DNA from: Bacteroidales bacterium
GTDB taxonomy: Bacteria; Bacteroidota; Bacteroidia; Bacteroidales; GCA-2748055
Direction of reading: 5' to 3'
Assembly (NCBI GenBank): GCA_029938715.1
Contig: JAOZUK010000009.1
Span: 3,504-67,503, forward strand
DNA: 64,000 bases
Within the stretch, counting starts at the first letter, position 1; the number at the start of each line of letters is the position of its first letter. Below the pieces are notes generated by a model. That model had not been told where the DNA came from, did no database searches, and saw only the letters and a program-made list of their open reading frames with translations. The position numbers were made by a program, and so were the translations under genes. This document shows positions 48,865 through 57,814 of the stretch, piece after piece.

Positions 48865-49407
48865 ATGAAAAACAAAACGACAGTCTTTATCGAAAACGCA
48901 AAACTTATCCACGGGGATAAGTATGATTACTCATTGGTGAATTATGAGAAGTCCAACCAGCATATCATAATTGTATGCTCGCGACATGGGGTCTTTCAAC
49001 AAACACCTGCTTACCACCTAAATGGAGGAATATGTCCGTATTGTGCGAGGAATAGATTAACACGAGAAGAATTTATGAAAGAAGTCAAAAAGTATCATGG
49101 GGAGGCATATGATTATTCCAAGTGCAATTATACACAAGAGACACGAAAGAGTGATTATATCATCATCACATGCAAAAAGCATGGAGACTTTCGTCAGAGA
49201 CTTGACTCCCATCTAAGAGGCTCTGGTTGTCCTCTGTGTAGCATGGCATACCGCTCCAAAAAGAAAGTGGCAGTTGTTAGAAGCCGGTATCATTATCCAG
49301 ATTTTAACAAGAGAATTGATGGAAATATATGCACCATTTCCATGACCTCCCGGCATGGAAAATCCCCAGTCAAACTGAGTGGTGGCCCTTTCAAAAGTAA
49401 GTCATAA
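48865..49407 (+). CDS. Hypothetical protein with two copies of a zinc-ribbon repeat seen at the N-termini of phage homing-endonuclease-like proteins
   Basis: Repeat 1: HGDKYDYSLVNYEKSNQHIIIVCSRHGVFQQTPAYHLNGGICPYC. Repeat 2: YHGEAYDYSKCNY...IIITCKKHGDFRQRLDSHLRGSGCPLC. No nuclease motif follows. Confidence 0.4.
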   Translation: MKNKTTVFIENAKLIHGDKYDYSLVNYEKSNQHIIIVCSRHGVFQQTPAYHLNGGICPYCARNRLTREEFMKEVKKYHGEAYDYSKCNYTQETRKSDYIIITCKKHGDFRQRLDSHLRGSGCPLCSMAYRSKKKVAVVRSRYHYPDFNKRIDGNICTISMTSRHGKSPVKLSGGPFKSKS

Positions 49408-49547
49408 GCTACCAACACTCGAAGATTGGAAAACGTTTGTGGATATGACTGATTCCAAGTTGGGATCCCTTGAGATTACCAACGATATAATTGAAATTTT
49501 TAAGAAGAAATACGAATAGTAAGAAATATAAATTAAAACTATTAGAT

Positions 49548-50369
49548 ATGAAAAAGGAAGAATTTTTACGACAACAAACTCGTGATGTAACAAAGTTTTT
49601 TGAAGAAAATGGCGGTTATCCACCAACCTTCGCAGTTTTATATCATGACGGGACTACTAAATCGGTCGCAACATCTTTTAATGGACAAGAAAGTAAGGAC
49701 GCTTTTGATTCTATGATGCGCAAATTGTGCGAGAATCCCAAAGTGATTGCATGTGTTTTTACTTGTGACGGATGGTCATCAAAGATTGCTAGAGAGGAAA
49801 ACAGAAGACCTTCTGAATGTAGCGATAGAGAAACTTTAATTACGCAAATCTTCAATACTCGTGATGGCACTCATAAAGTGTATATATATAAGCCTGATAA
49901 AAATGGAAAGCTTCGTCTTGAGATAAGTGATGATTCATTTGAAGGCAGGTTCAGCAATCCTTTCAGGATAAATGAATTAGTAACTAAAGTTGAAAAGGAA
50001 AACGCAATACATGAATTTCAGGAACAAATACGTGAGATATTTTGTGGGGTATTCGAAGAATATCAAGAATTGTCTTACTCGTTGTTTTTTCTCTATGATG
50101 CACCAGGAAAAATAGGAGTTCTTACATTGACAGAAGATGAATGGCTAGATAAGGCCGGACTGAAAAATGATATTGATAATAGAAGTCAAGACCCTCATTG
50201 TCTGGCCTTCATGATGCCAAATTCAGTAAATGGTGAACATGTCAGTTTCATTTTGGTAGCAGAAGAAGTTCAAGCAAAGTATCAATATGGAATAAATCCC
50301 ATGACTCATACTCTGGAATTTAAAAGCAAAGCGAGTTATGATGGAGAATTCTCGGAAGCATTTAAATGA
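49548..50369 (+). CDS. Hypothetical protein
   Basis: Long clean ORF. The first ATG (MKKEEFLRQQ) is at 49548; the track start is TTG. No family was recognised. Confidence 0.4.
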   Translation: MKKEEFLRQQTRDVTKFFEENGGYPPTFAVLYHDGTTKSVATSFNGQESKDAFDSMMRKLCENPKVIACVFTCDGWSSKIAREENRRPSECSDRETLITQIFNTRDGTHKVYIYKPDKNGKLRLEISDDSFEGRFSNPFRINELVTKVEKENAIHEFQEQIREIFCGVFEEYQELSYSLFFLYDAPGKIGVLTLTEDEWLDKAGLKNDIDNRSQDPHCLAFMMPNSVNGEHVSFILVAEEVQAKYQYGINPMTHTLEFKSKASYDGEFSEAFK

Positions 50370-50912
50370 AATAGTCCAGACTTGATCTGACAATTTTGGA
50401 TTCTCTTTCAATTAAAAGCAGAACATCAGGGTATAATTTGAATCCTGTATTGGTATTCACATAACCGGACTCAAGCCAGGGCGGAACCCTCATCGTATTC
50501 AACTCCTAAGTTGAGGTGGTGATGAACAAACTGCTTTGGGATGGTAATATTGAGATAGTGATTTCAAAACAAAGATTAGTATCTACCCTGTTAGTGGTGC
50601 TGCACGCAGTGCGGCAGCATTAACGGCCATCCAAACCACAGTTGGAGTGAGTGCGTGAAGTGAGCGTAGCCGCAGGCAAGCGAAGCGAACGAAACGAATG
50701 AACTCCAACTCCCAACCCAACCCCCCCAAACAACTGTCCCAAAGTCCTGTTTGGCTGGTACAGCCGAATGGACTCGTTTGTTCTTAATAAAGAGGGAAGG
50801 TATTTTAGCTTTCTTCTTTATGTATATTATTAATTTAAGCTATTTATTTGCTTAATATTATATATATAGTAGTGTGGTACCCGTACAACATGTACATCTA
50901 CAACATGTACAT

Positions 50913-51263
50913 TTACCTGTCGTGAAGCCTATAACATATTGGTATTTCATTGATTACCCATTCAACACCCCCTTGAAACGGCTTTTTTACCACATACCCG
51001 TTATCCTGCAATTTCTTCCAAGATGTCAGGAACTTTTTCTCCGGCAAACCCGAACGTTGCTGTACCCTGTTTTTGTTTATGATGTAGGTCCGGGAATTGC
51101 TCAGTAGCCAGGTAAGCAATCCGATGTCGGTAAAATCCAATTCAGGGTCCCGGTAGATATCCATTGCGAACGACTTCTTATAATGCGTTCGGCTTGAACG
51201 CGAACGATTATAGGTTGTCCGATTTACGAACGTATTTTGTCCATTTAAACCTGTTTTTTTCAT
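50913..51263 (-). CDS. Hypothetical protein with probable winged-helix domain
   Basis: 116 aa. DIGLLTWLLSNS...RSGLPEKKFLTSWKKLQDNGYVV resembles wHTH modules of mobile-element replication and regulatory proteins. Confidence 0.4.
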   Translation of the reverse strand: MKKTGLNGQNTFVNRTTYNRSRSSRTHYKKSFAMDIYRDPELDFTDIGLLTWLLSNSRTYIINKNRVQQRSGLPEKKFLTSWKKLQDNGYVVKKPFQGGVEWVINEIPICYRLHDR

Positions 51264-51448
51264 GGTTTCAATATTCTCTGCATGTCCTTATCATCCCTAA
51301 ATAAAGGAGGGAGTTTAAGGATTATTTCAAGCCGATCTGTAGATGGGATCAGTTGTGGTACCCCATAGCCAATAATTGCTCTGTAAAGCCGTTCTCTGCC
51401 TTTAAATTTCACAGTAGCTGGCATCGACTTCATGGCTAATTGAAACAA
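51260..51448 (-). CDS. Small hypothetical protein
   Basis: 62 aa. Its stop overlaps the next gene's start (ATGA), suggesting translational coupling. Confidence 0.3.
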   Translation of the reverse strand: MFQLAMKSMPATVKFKGRERLYRAIIGYGVPQLIPSTDRLEIILKLPPLFRDDKDMQRILKP

Positions 51449-51511
51449 GCTCTAGTTTCCTGGTAGCCTTACTGGTTTAATGCATCCGACCAAGGTATGT
51501 AAGTGGTATTT

Positions 51512-51931
51512 TCAGGTATACTCTAATTCTATCGGCTGAACATATTTCTGCCACAATATATATTGTTCATTTATCTCTTTCTTACTGCCAGAATGCTTGC
51601 ATCCTTCACAGCTATCTTCATTGCAATAGTAAAAGCCGGGACCATCACGGAAGCACAGGTATTTTGAGTAGTTGTCATATTCGATTTCAGAAAAGTAATC
51701 CTTGTACCTTGGATAACAGCCAATGCCAGTATCAATCATCTCGGTAATTTCAGCTTCCCAGAAATAATCAATGAAATTGTCAAATTTCATTCCTTCTACG
51801 AGCCATGTTTCCTGAAATAAATCACTCTCCCATAAGCATTCAAATTCACCTAAGTCCAGTTCCATATAATATTGGTAGGCGGTTGGGGTATTATTTTGTT
51901 TATCTGTGTCTGTATTTTTTAAATTCTTCAT
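51512..51931 (-). CDS. Hypothetical acidic protein
   Basis: 139-aa ORF in the co-oriented gene string. No family was recognised. Confidence 0.35.
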   Translation of the reverse strand: MKNLKNTDTDKQNNTPTAYQYYMELDLGEFECLWESDLFQETWLVEGMKFDNFIDYFWEAEITEMIDTGIGCYPRYKDYFSEIEYDNYSKYLCFRDGPGFYYCNEDSCEGCKHSGSKKEINEQYILWQKYVQPIELEYT

Positions 51932-52007
51932 CTTGTTTTTTTTAAATGGTTTGGAATTGAGTTCATAAATAAGTACTTCAACTCCGTTATTTTTTCACAT
52001 GATTTTC

Positions 52008-52640
52008 CTAAAACGGGAAACCATCTTCGCCAGCTAAATCAAAAACCTCAATACGGTCTGTTTTCTCTACAGGATTGTATATTCGTGGTTCTTTCTTTTC
52101 AACTGAAATTCTTATATAAGAAATTCCAATTCTTTCTGCAATCCATTTAAATTGGTCATTCTCGGAAGTAATCGTTATGTATGATTCATACCCATACTCA
52201 TCTCTTTCATTGTTCAATTTGTCAAGCTCAAAACCACCGTTTACTATTTTCACAATGTCCAGGCGATGCAGATATTCTAATACATGGTTTCGGAAAACCT
52301 CATAGTGTTCATAATGGCGATAGATATCGGCAGTTATAAAAAACAAATAAGCCGGTTCAATACCTAATACCTTACAGTTCCCATTTTTATATTCATAAGT
52401 GTAAATTATTCTGTCATAATGCTCATGGTCCCAATGCCATTTTGCAGTGAAGGTTTCTTCAGGGAACTTCAATGAAAGCTCAATGATTTCGTTTTCTATA
52501 TTGTTTTCCCATGCAAAGAAATGTGATTTATTGTTTTTAATCCATAATAAATCGGAATCTGAGTCTTTTACGAAGGTACTCCCAGAAGATATTAGTTCCG
52601 GATTAGTACATTCAAGTACTGTGTATGATTGTTGTGACAT
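52008..52640 (-). CDS. Hypothetical protein, paralog pair member 1, with acidic C-terminal tail ending GEDGFPF
   Basis: Aligns with 52756..53433: IIELSLKFPEETFTAKW / IIELSKVYPTEVFIAKY, GIEPAY / KIEPDY, VLEYLHRLD / VLRHIKRID. Confidence 0.45.
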   Translation of the reverse strand: MSQQSYTVLECTNPELISSGSTFVKDSDSDLLWIKNNKSHFFAWENNIENEIIELSLKFPEETFTAKWHWDHEHYDRIIYTYEYKNGNCKVLGIEPAYLFFITADIYRHYEHYEVFRNHVLEYLHRLDIVKIVNGGFELDKLNNERDEYGYESYITITSENDQFKWIAERIGISYIRISVEKKEPRIYNPVEKTDRIEVFDLAGEDGFPF

Positions 52641-52755
52641 TATTATTAGTTTTTGATAGTATTATTTTTTGATTCCTTGTGCTGAGAAGCTGGGGTTACT
52701 GAACCAGGTATTTGATATAAATTATGTTGTTTATTATTTTTCATTTATTTCCTTA

Positions 52756-53433
52756 TCAAAATGGGACATCCTCATACTCTTCTTCCTTAGCTTCGTCATC
52801 ACTCTTATCCAATGGATAGGCAACCCTGACAACTCGGTTCTTCTCCTTACCAATTAATTGCCATTTTGGAGCGGGAGCTTCTTTTATAAAAGCATTAACC
52901 TCTATAAAAGAGGATCCTATCTTGGTAGCCTCTATTTTAATTTTATCAGTCTCAACATTTATAGCGACTGATGATTTTATATTAAGTTGTCTTTCTCTTT
53001 CATCTGCATTTTGAGCTTTCAGAGTATCACTCATGGCATCAATTCGTTTGATATGTCTTAAGACAACTTTCATTAATCTCTCCAACGGCTCCTTGCCAAC
53101 TATTTTTTCAATATGTGAAATGTTGTACCAATAATCAGGTTCGATTTTGGTGCATTTTGACTTGCCGGATTTATATTTGATGGTCTGGATTTCAGAATCG
53201 TAATAAATATCACCATCCCGGTATTTTGCAATGAATACCTCAGTTGGATATACCTTAGACAATTCAATTATACTTTCATGCATCGTTCCACCACGAGAAG
53301 TGAAATAGTAAATTCCTTTTTTACAAGAGATAAACTTGTTGTTAGGGGTTTTGATGATATCTCTAGGGTCGATTTTTTGTAATAACTGGTTGTTACTTTT
53401 ACAAACCAGTGAAGTTTCATATTCATTTGCCAT
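52756..53433 (-). CDS. Hypothetical protein, paralog pair member 2, with acidic C-terminal tail ending EEEYEDVPF
   Basis: See the paralog. The tail is DKSDDEAKEEEYEDVPF. Confidence 0.45.
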   Translation of the reverse strand: MANEYETSLVCKSNNQLLQKIDPRDIIKTPNNKFISCKKGIYYFTSRGGTMHESIIELSKVYPTEVFIAKYRDGDIYYDSEIQTIKYKSGKSKCTKIEPDYWYNISHIEKIVGKEPLERLMKVVLRHIKRIDAMSDTLKAQNADERERQLNIKSSVAINVETDKIKIEATKIGSSFIEVNAFIKEAPAPKWQLIGKEKNRVVRVAYPLDKSDDEAKEEEYEDVPF

Positions 53434-53463
53434 TTCAATTGTTTTTTAAATTATAGTTATTAT

Positions 53464-53724
53464 TTAATTCAGTAGTTCCAGATTCATATCACTGATGCTT
53501 TTCCTAATTCCTTCAGAAAGCTTCTCTGGAACATATCTTCTTCTTTTCTTATAGTTTTGGTTTCTTATGTAGCCAAAGTGTTCCCTAATGCGCTGTAAAG
53601 CTTCAGGATTATGAAGTAAGCGACTCATATTGTCAAGGGTTTCTTTGACTTCTTTTTGAGCAGCTTCCTCTTGAAGGTGCTGCCAAATCATGTATTTCTT
53701 TTCTTCGTTTCTTTCTTTTTTCAT
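53464..53724 (-). CDS. Small hypothetical basic/helical protein
   Basis: 86-aa ORF in the same co-oriented string. Confidence 0.3.
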   Translation of the reverse strand: MKKERNEEKKYMIWQHLQEEAAQKEVKETLDNMSRLLHNPEALQRIREHFGYIRNQNYKKRRRYVPEKLSEGIRKSISDMNLELLN

Positions 53725-53983
53725 TTCATATATTTTTGTAATGTCATTGTTAATCTTGTGGTTTTACCAATTCTGATAAAGCATAGCGCTGCCAGTACGA
53801 TGAAATCGTTTTCATCAGAATCCATAACACATAAAATTTGGGTATTAAGACGCACATCCCACTTAGGGTTGCGATTGAGAGAGTCAGATGATCATGGCCG
53901 GATGAATTTCATCCGCCAATCTCATCTGGTTGTCATTAGGATGCTGCGCAGCTTTTCAGCATTCACTTTTTCAGTTCTGCTAT

Positions 53984-54292
53984 TTACAGTTTTCCAACAA
54001 TAGTGGTCTTCAGTCTTCGCAATTCATTCAGGGTCTCCAAGGATATCCATGATATTATCAATTGTTTTTCAGTAAGTAATCCTTCTTCAGTTAAACTCAT
54101 TCCAGTTCGTCTTCTTACAATGTTGTTGAATTCCAATAAATATTCTTCAAATACAAATGCCACAATTTCAATTATTCCAGTAAGTCGTCCGATTTCAAGT
54201 TCCAGATTTATTCCAATATTTCCATAACAGTAGAAGGCCATTACTTTTTCAATTATTTCAGTCTTAATATCGTTTACAGTCCTGCACATCAT
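53984..54292 (-). CDS. Hypothetical protein coupled to an upstream RHH gene
   Basis: 102 aa. Its ATG overlaps the stop of the RHH ORF (TAATG). Confidence 0.35.
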   Translation of the reverse strand: MMCRTVNDIKTEIIEKVMAFYCYGNIGINLELEIGRLTGIIEIVAFVFEEYLLEFNNIVRRRTGMSLTEEGLLTEKQLIISWISLETLNELRRLKTTIVGKL

Positions 54293-54468
54293 TAATTTTT
54301 CAGTCTTTCTTCAGTATCGTTTTCCAGTAAATTGTCCATCAGAAATTTCTTCACGAATGTTGAAACAGGCAGATGCGCTTCCCGTGCCTTTTGTCTTAGG
54401 AATTGGTAGAATTCCAGGTCCAGGGTCAAGTTCATTTTGCCATACTTCTTTCTTACAGTTTTCGTCAT
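54292..54468 (-). CDS. Unlisted 58-aa ribbon-helix-helix (CopG/MetJ-like) protein
   Basis: My own translation: MTKTVRKKYGKMNLTLDLEFYQFLRQKAREAHLPVSTFVKKFLMDNLLENDTEERLKN. It shows the beta strand (MNLTLDL) followed by two helices that is typical of RHH proteins. Confidence 0.5.
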   Translation of the reverse strand: MTKTVRKKYGKMNLTLDLEFYQFLRQKAREAHLPVSTFVKKFLMDNLLENDTEERLKN

Positions 54469-54747
54469 TTCATTGTTCTTTCATAAGGTTATTTTTGAGC
54501 CACACCGAGTGTGTTTTCTTTCTAATAAATAGAGCGATGTTCGAAATAATTTCATTTTTTTGCCATCACTACCTGATTTATTTTTGTGATTTTTAATAAA
54601 AACCAATGTTTATAGGCATTTCTCAGCATTGAAATAATTGAATATATTTTTTTAATGTGTGATTTTTCACCCCAAATCGCTATCAGAATCAACCTAACCA
54701 CACTTTTTAACTACCTTATTTGCAAACCCAATATCATTTGATCCCAA

Positions 54748-55011
54748 CTACGATATCTCGGAATCACGAAAAACCACGTCAGAGGGTTCCAAGCCAAAGC
54801 AAGAGGCATATCTATATAAAGAAATCACCGAGATAGGACGGCCGGTTTCAATTTGTTCAACAGTCCTACGAGAGATGCCATATTCTTCTTCAATTTTTTT
54901 TCTTGACATTCCTGACCCCCACCTGTATTCACGTAGTAGTTGCCCGGTGTTGGCAAGACGCTTGTGAAACAATTCCGGGACCTGCTGTTTCCTGTATTTT
55001 GTTTTGGACAT
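54748..55011 (-). CDS. XRE-family HTH regulator
   Basis: LREYRWGSGMSRKKIEEEYGISRRTVEQIETGRPISVISL. Confidence 0.65.
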   Translation of the reverse strand: MSKTKYRKQQVPELFHKRLANTGQLLREYRWGSGMSRKKIEEEYGISRRTVEQIETGRPISVISLYRYASCFGLEPSDVVFRDSEIS

Positions 55012-55242
55012 TAGTTCTGTATTTCTACATAAATACAGCCTTCACAAAGTTTTGTGAGTTCAGTAGAATGTTAATAGCTAATTCGATGCATTTAAACATC
55101 TTTTAATTGGCAGTTATTGGGGAGGGCAGAATTGGTGTTAAGGCGTATAACATAGAGAATAACCCCAAACAATGTAGATCGTAGGTCCCCCACGAAGAAC
55201 TTTCATCGAAAAAAATATATTGAAAACTGAAACAGTAGGAAA

Positions 55243-55497
55243 TTATAATTCAATCTCCCGGAAGAAGGACTCTATGGAGATGTCCTCATAGTAGGAGATA
55301 ATTCGAATCAATGTACTCAGATAATATTCTTCTTGACCCCGCTCAACTTTGTAGTAGGTTTTCTTGTCCATACCTATCTTCTCTGCAAAGTCAATATAGC
55401 TGAGATCGGTTTTCTCTTTCCTAAGCTTTCTTACTTGTTCGCCAATGATGACTAACCGATGGTCTACTTTTGCGGAATCCTTAGTTTTCATGTACAA
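55243..55497 (-). CDS. XRE-family HTH regulator (repressor-like)
   Basis: VRKLRKEKTDLSYIDFAEKIGMDKKTYYKVERGQEEYYLSTL. Palindromic operators lie just upstream. Confidence 0.7.
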   Translation of the reverse strand: MYMKTKDSAKVDHRLVIIGEQVRKLRKEKTDLSYIDFAEKIGMDKKTYYKVERGQEEYYLSTLIRIISYYEDISIESFFREIEL

Positions 55498-55522
55498 ACT
55501 GAATTTGCCACTAATATAAGCA

Positions 55523-55589
55523 ATTACCCACGTAAATGGGTAATAATGCGAATAATTGCATTATATTTGTACCCACGTAAATGGGTAAT
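55523..55589. promoter_or_regulatory. Two tandem palindromic operator candidates
   Basis: attaccca-cgtaaa-tgggtaat (55523-55544) and taccca-cgtaaa-tgggtaat (55570-55589). They lie between the divergent XRE gene (start 55497) and a small plus-strand ORF (ATG 55591). Confidence 0.6.
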
Positions 55590-55590
55590 T

Positions 55591-55779
55591 ATGGAAATAA
55601 AACAGGTATTAACTATTGTTCTATATCCACTTCGAACAAACTTTCCTGTGGAGAATGAACATATTCTAATCTGTGAGGTTGTAGGAAATCGTCACGATCG
55701 ATTCTATTTTGCTGAACTTCCTGCTATTGACAACGAAATAAGAAGGAGACTCAGGTACTATGAAAATATTGTCAATTGA
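55591..55779 (+). CDS. Small hypothetical ORF divergent from the XRE repressor (Cro/excisionase-position gene)
   Basis: 62 aa from the ATG at 55591 (MEIKQVLTIV...). Called from position only. Confidence 0.3.
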   Translation: MEIKQVLTIVLYPLRTNFPVENEHILICEVVGNRHDRFYFAELPAIDNEIRRRLRYYENIVN

Positions 55780-55891
55780 AATGTATCAATTATAGAGTAT
55801 ACATGAAAATGATACAATTTCCCAAAATATTACACCCCGGAATGAAACAATCATCAGCGGTCTATGCATCAAAAAAAAACCAACCCTAAAA

Positions 55892-56524
55892 ATGATACTC
55901 ATGAAGACAGTTATTTATACCAGGGTAAGTAGCCAAAGTCAGGATAATCAGAGACAGATTTTAAACCTCAAGAGAATTGCGGATGAGAAAAACTGGAAGA
56001 TGAAACGCACTTTCCAAGAGAAGGTTTCTGGAACAACCAGAGCAAATTCAAGATCTGAGTTTTATAAAATGATTCAATACATCGAAAACAACAGTATTGA
56101 TTTAGTATTGATAAGCGAGGTTTCAAGAATTGGCAGGCGGGTACTTGATGTCCTCAATAGCGTTGAACTACTACACAAAAAACATACAGGTATATTCATT
56201 CAACAGTTCAACATTATCACCTTCCAGGATGGTAAAGAGGACCCAATCGCCAAAATGCTACTACAAATGCTCAGCATCGGTGCGGAAATGGAGAATAGTA
56301 TGCGAAAAAATAGGCAGTTGGAAGGGATTCAGCTGGCAAAACTTAATCAGAAATATAAAGGTCGGCAAAAGGGAGCAAAGGCAACTCCATCTAATCTATT
56401 GGAAAAGTATTCTGATGTTTACGATTTGATAAAGAAAAGTGACCTGTCATTAAGAAGGATTGCACAAATCACAGAACATAGTATTAACACTGTTAGGAAG
56501 ATCAGGAATATAGCTTCTCTATAG
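55892..56524 (+). CDS. Small serine recombinase (resolvase/invertase family)
   Basis: VIYTRVSSQSQDNQRQ catalytic-serine motif, LVLISEVSRIGRR, and a C-terminal HTH (LSLRRIAQITEHSINTVRKI). Confidence 0.85.
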   Translation: MILMKTVIYTRVSSQSQDNQRQILNLKRIADEKNWKMKRTFQEKVSGTTRANSRSEFYKMIQYIENNSIDLVLISEVSRIGRRVLDVLNSVELLHKKHTGIFIQQFNIITFQDGKEDPIAKMLLQMLSIGAEMENSMRKNRQLEGIQLAKLNQKYKGRQKGAKATPSNLLEKYSDVYDLIKKSDLSLRRIAQITEHSINTVRKIRNIASL

Positions 56525-56548
56525 TCAAAACTTTCTGTGAGGATGGAG

Positions 56549-57433
56549 TTATTTAATTATAATTTTGGTTCTTGATTTCTGAACTTCTCCAAAAGGAAAC
56601 ATTAGGACAAATGCATTCCAGGTATTATAAAAAAAGTGATATTCAAATACACATTGATCATCCCCATTAAGGTTCATCTGAAATGAACCATCTTTTCGAT
56701 GGTTCGTGTTACTTAAGTAATCCTGAACAAATGGCCAAGTGGCATTCAAAGTTCTATCCCAATAGATTCTCCCAAATGTCTCTGTAAAAGAATTAGATTG
56801 TATAAAATTCTGTGTTTGACAGTTCAGGTTTTTCAATGATACGCCTTTCAAAACCAAAAGTGCACATCTCTTTGATGAGCACTCTACAAATTTTCTCATA
56901 GTGGCATGATATGAGGCTCCAAATTTCTGTGCAAGAGCAATTGGTGTACCTATTTCAAGCGGATGCTTCTTAATCAACTCGTCAAAATACCTACCTTGGA
57001 ATAGTACCTCAGAAGCAAAATAGCTTGCCTCCAATTCGAACTCTTCTTTTGCGTCAGAGCTAAGAGAGATTTCATCATCTTCAAGGATTTCAAACATCTC
57101 TCTCTGCCATGGTAACACATCATGTCCAACCTCATGAAGTTTTATGAAATTTCTTCTTGGGGGAATCAAATTCGAATCTACATAAATGGTTTTTTTCTTA
57201 CGATCCAATATCCCATTTACCTTTTTCAGGGCATGCTTTAAAATGTCTTTAGATTTTGAAATATAGTTTTTTGGGATCCTTTCTATATATCTACTCTCAC
57301 TTATTTGTAACTCTGTGTATTTTGCAATCTTATCTGTCGGTGTAGGAAACACACCGACAGATTTACTCTGTTTAAGAATATCGTAGGCAATATCCTGTAC
57401 CTTTTCTTGTGATGTGAGAGGATTAATTGCCAT
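56549..57433 (-). CDS. ImmA/IrrE-family zinc metallopeptidase (CapP-like position)
   Basis: HEVGHDVLPW (HExxH) in a 294-aa protein. It overlaps the upstream XRE gene by 11 nt. Confidence 0.75.
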   Translation of the reverse strand: MAINPLTSQEKVQDIAYDILKQSKSVGVFPTPTDKIAKYTELQISESRYIERIPKNYISKSKDILKHALKKVNGILDRKKKTIYVDSNLIPPRRNFIKLHEVGHDVLPWQREMFEILEDDEISLSSDAKEEFELEASYFASEVLFQGRYFDELIKKHPLEIGTPIALAQKFGASYHATMRKFVECSSKRCALLVLKGVSLKNLNCQTQNFIQSNSFTETFGRIYWDRTLNATWPFVQDYLSNTNHRKDGSFQMNLNGDDQCVFEYHFFYNTWNAFVLMFPFGEVQKSRTKIIIK

Positions 57434-57782
57434 CTTTTTGGGATCGTAGGAATTTCAGGTATTTCATCAACTCTTCCTCTTCCTCTTCATTGAGATTCTC
57501 AGAAGATAAGGCAAAGCTTGTTAACGACTTTCTATTATTGTCTCCATTCTCTTTGTTTTTTACAATCCCCGCAGTTATTAATAGGGCATTAAACTCAACA
57601 TTATAAAATTCCGCCAACTTATAGAGAATGTTTACGGATGGACTCTTAATCTTATTATTTTCTAACTGACTAAGATAAGCATTTGAAATCTTCGTCAGTA
57701 ATTCAACTTGCCTAAGTGATAATTTCTTTAATTCTCGCTGGTCCTTAAGCAACTGACCTAAAGTGGGTTTCTTTGTAGCCAT
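57423..57782 (-). CDS. XRE-family HTH regulator (CapH/ImmR-like position)
   Basis: LKDQRELKKLSLRQVELLTKISNAYLSQLENNKIKSPSVNIL plus an acidic C-terminal helix. Divergent from the Ubl operon. Confidence 0.8.
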   Translation of the reverse strand: MATKKPTLGQLLKDQRELKKLSLRQVELLTKISNAYLSQLENNKIKSPSVNILYKLAEFYNVEFNALLITAGIVKNKENGDNNRKSLTSFALSSENLNEEEEEELMKYLKFLRSQKDGN

Positions 57783-57814
57783 GACATTAAGGTGTTGATT
57801 TTCAAGAACAATAT

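Noticed and set aside
50400-50870. Idea that the structured segment is a retron msr/msd or a DGR template.
   Set aside because: No reverse transcriptase gene is present anywhere in the window and no matching variable repeat was seen. It is kept only as a generic structured non-coding region.
55892-56524. Idea that the serine recombinase is a promoter invertase controlling the adjacent defence operon.
   Set aside because: I found no pair of inverted repeats bracketing a promoter-sized segment near it. The nearby palindromes are direct tandem operators.
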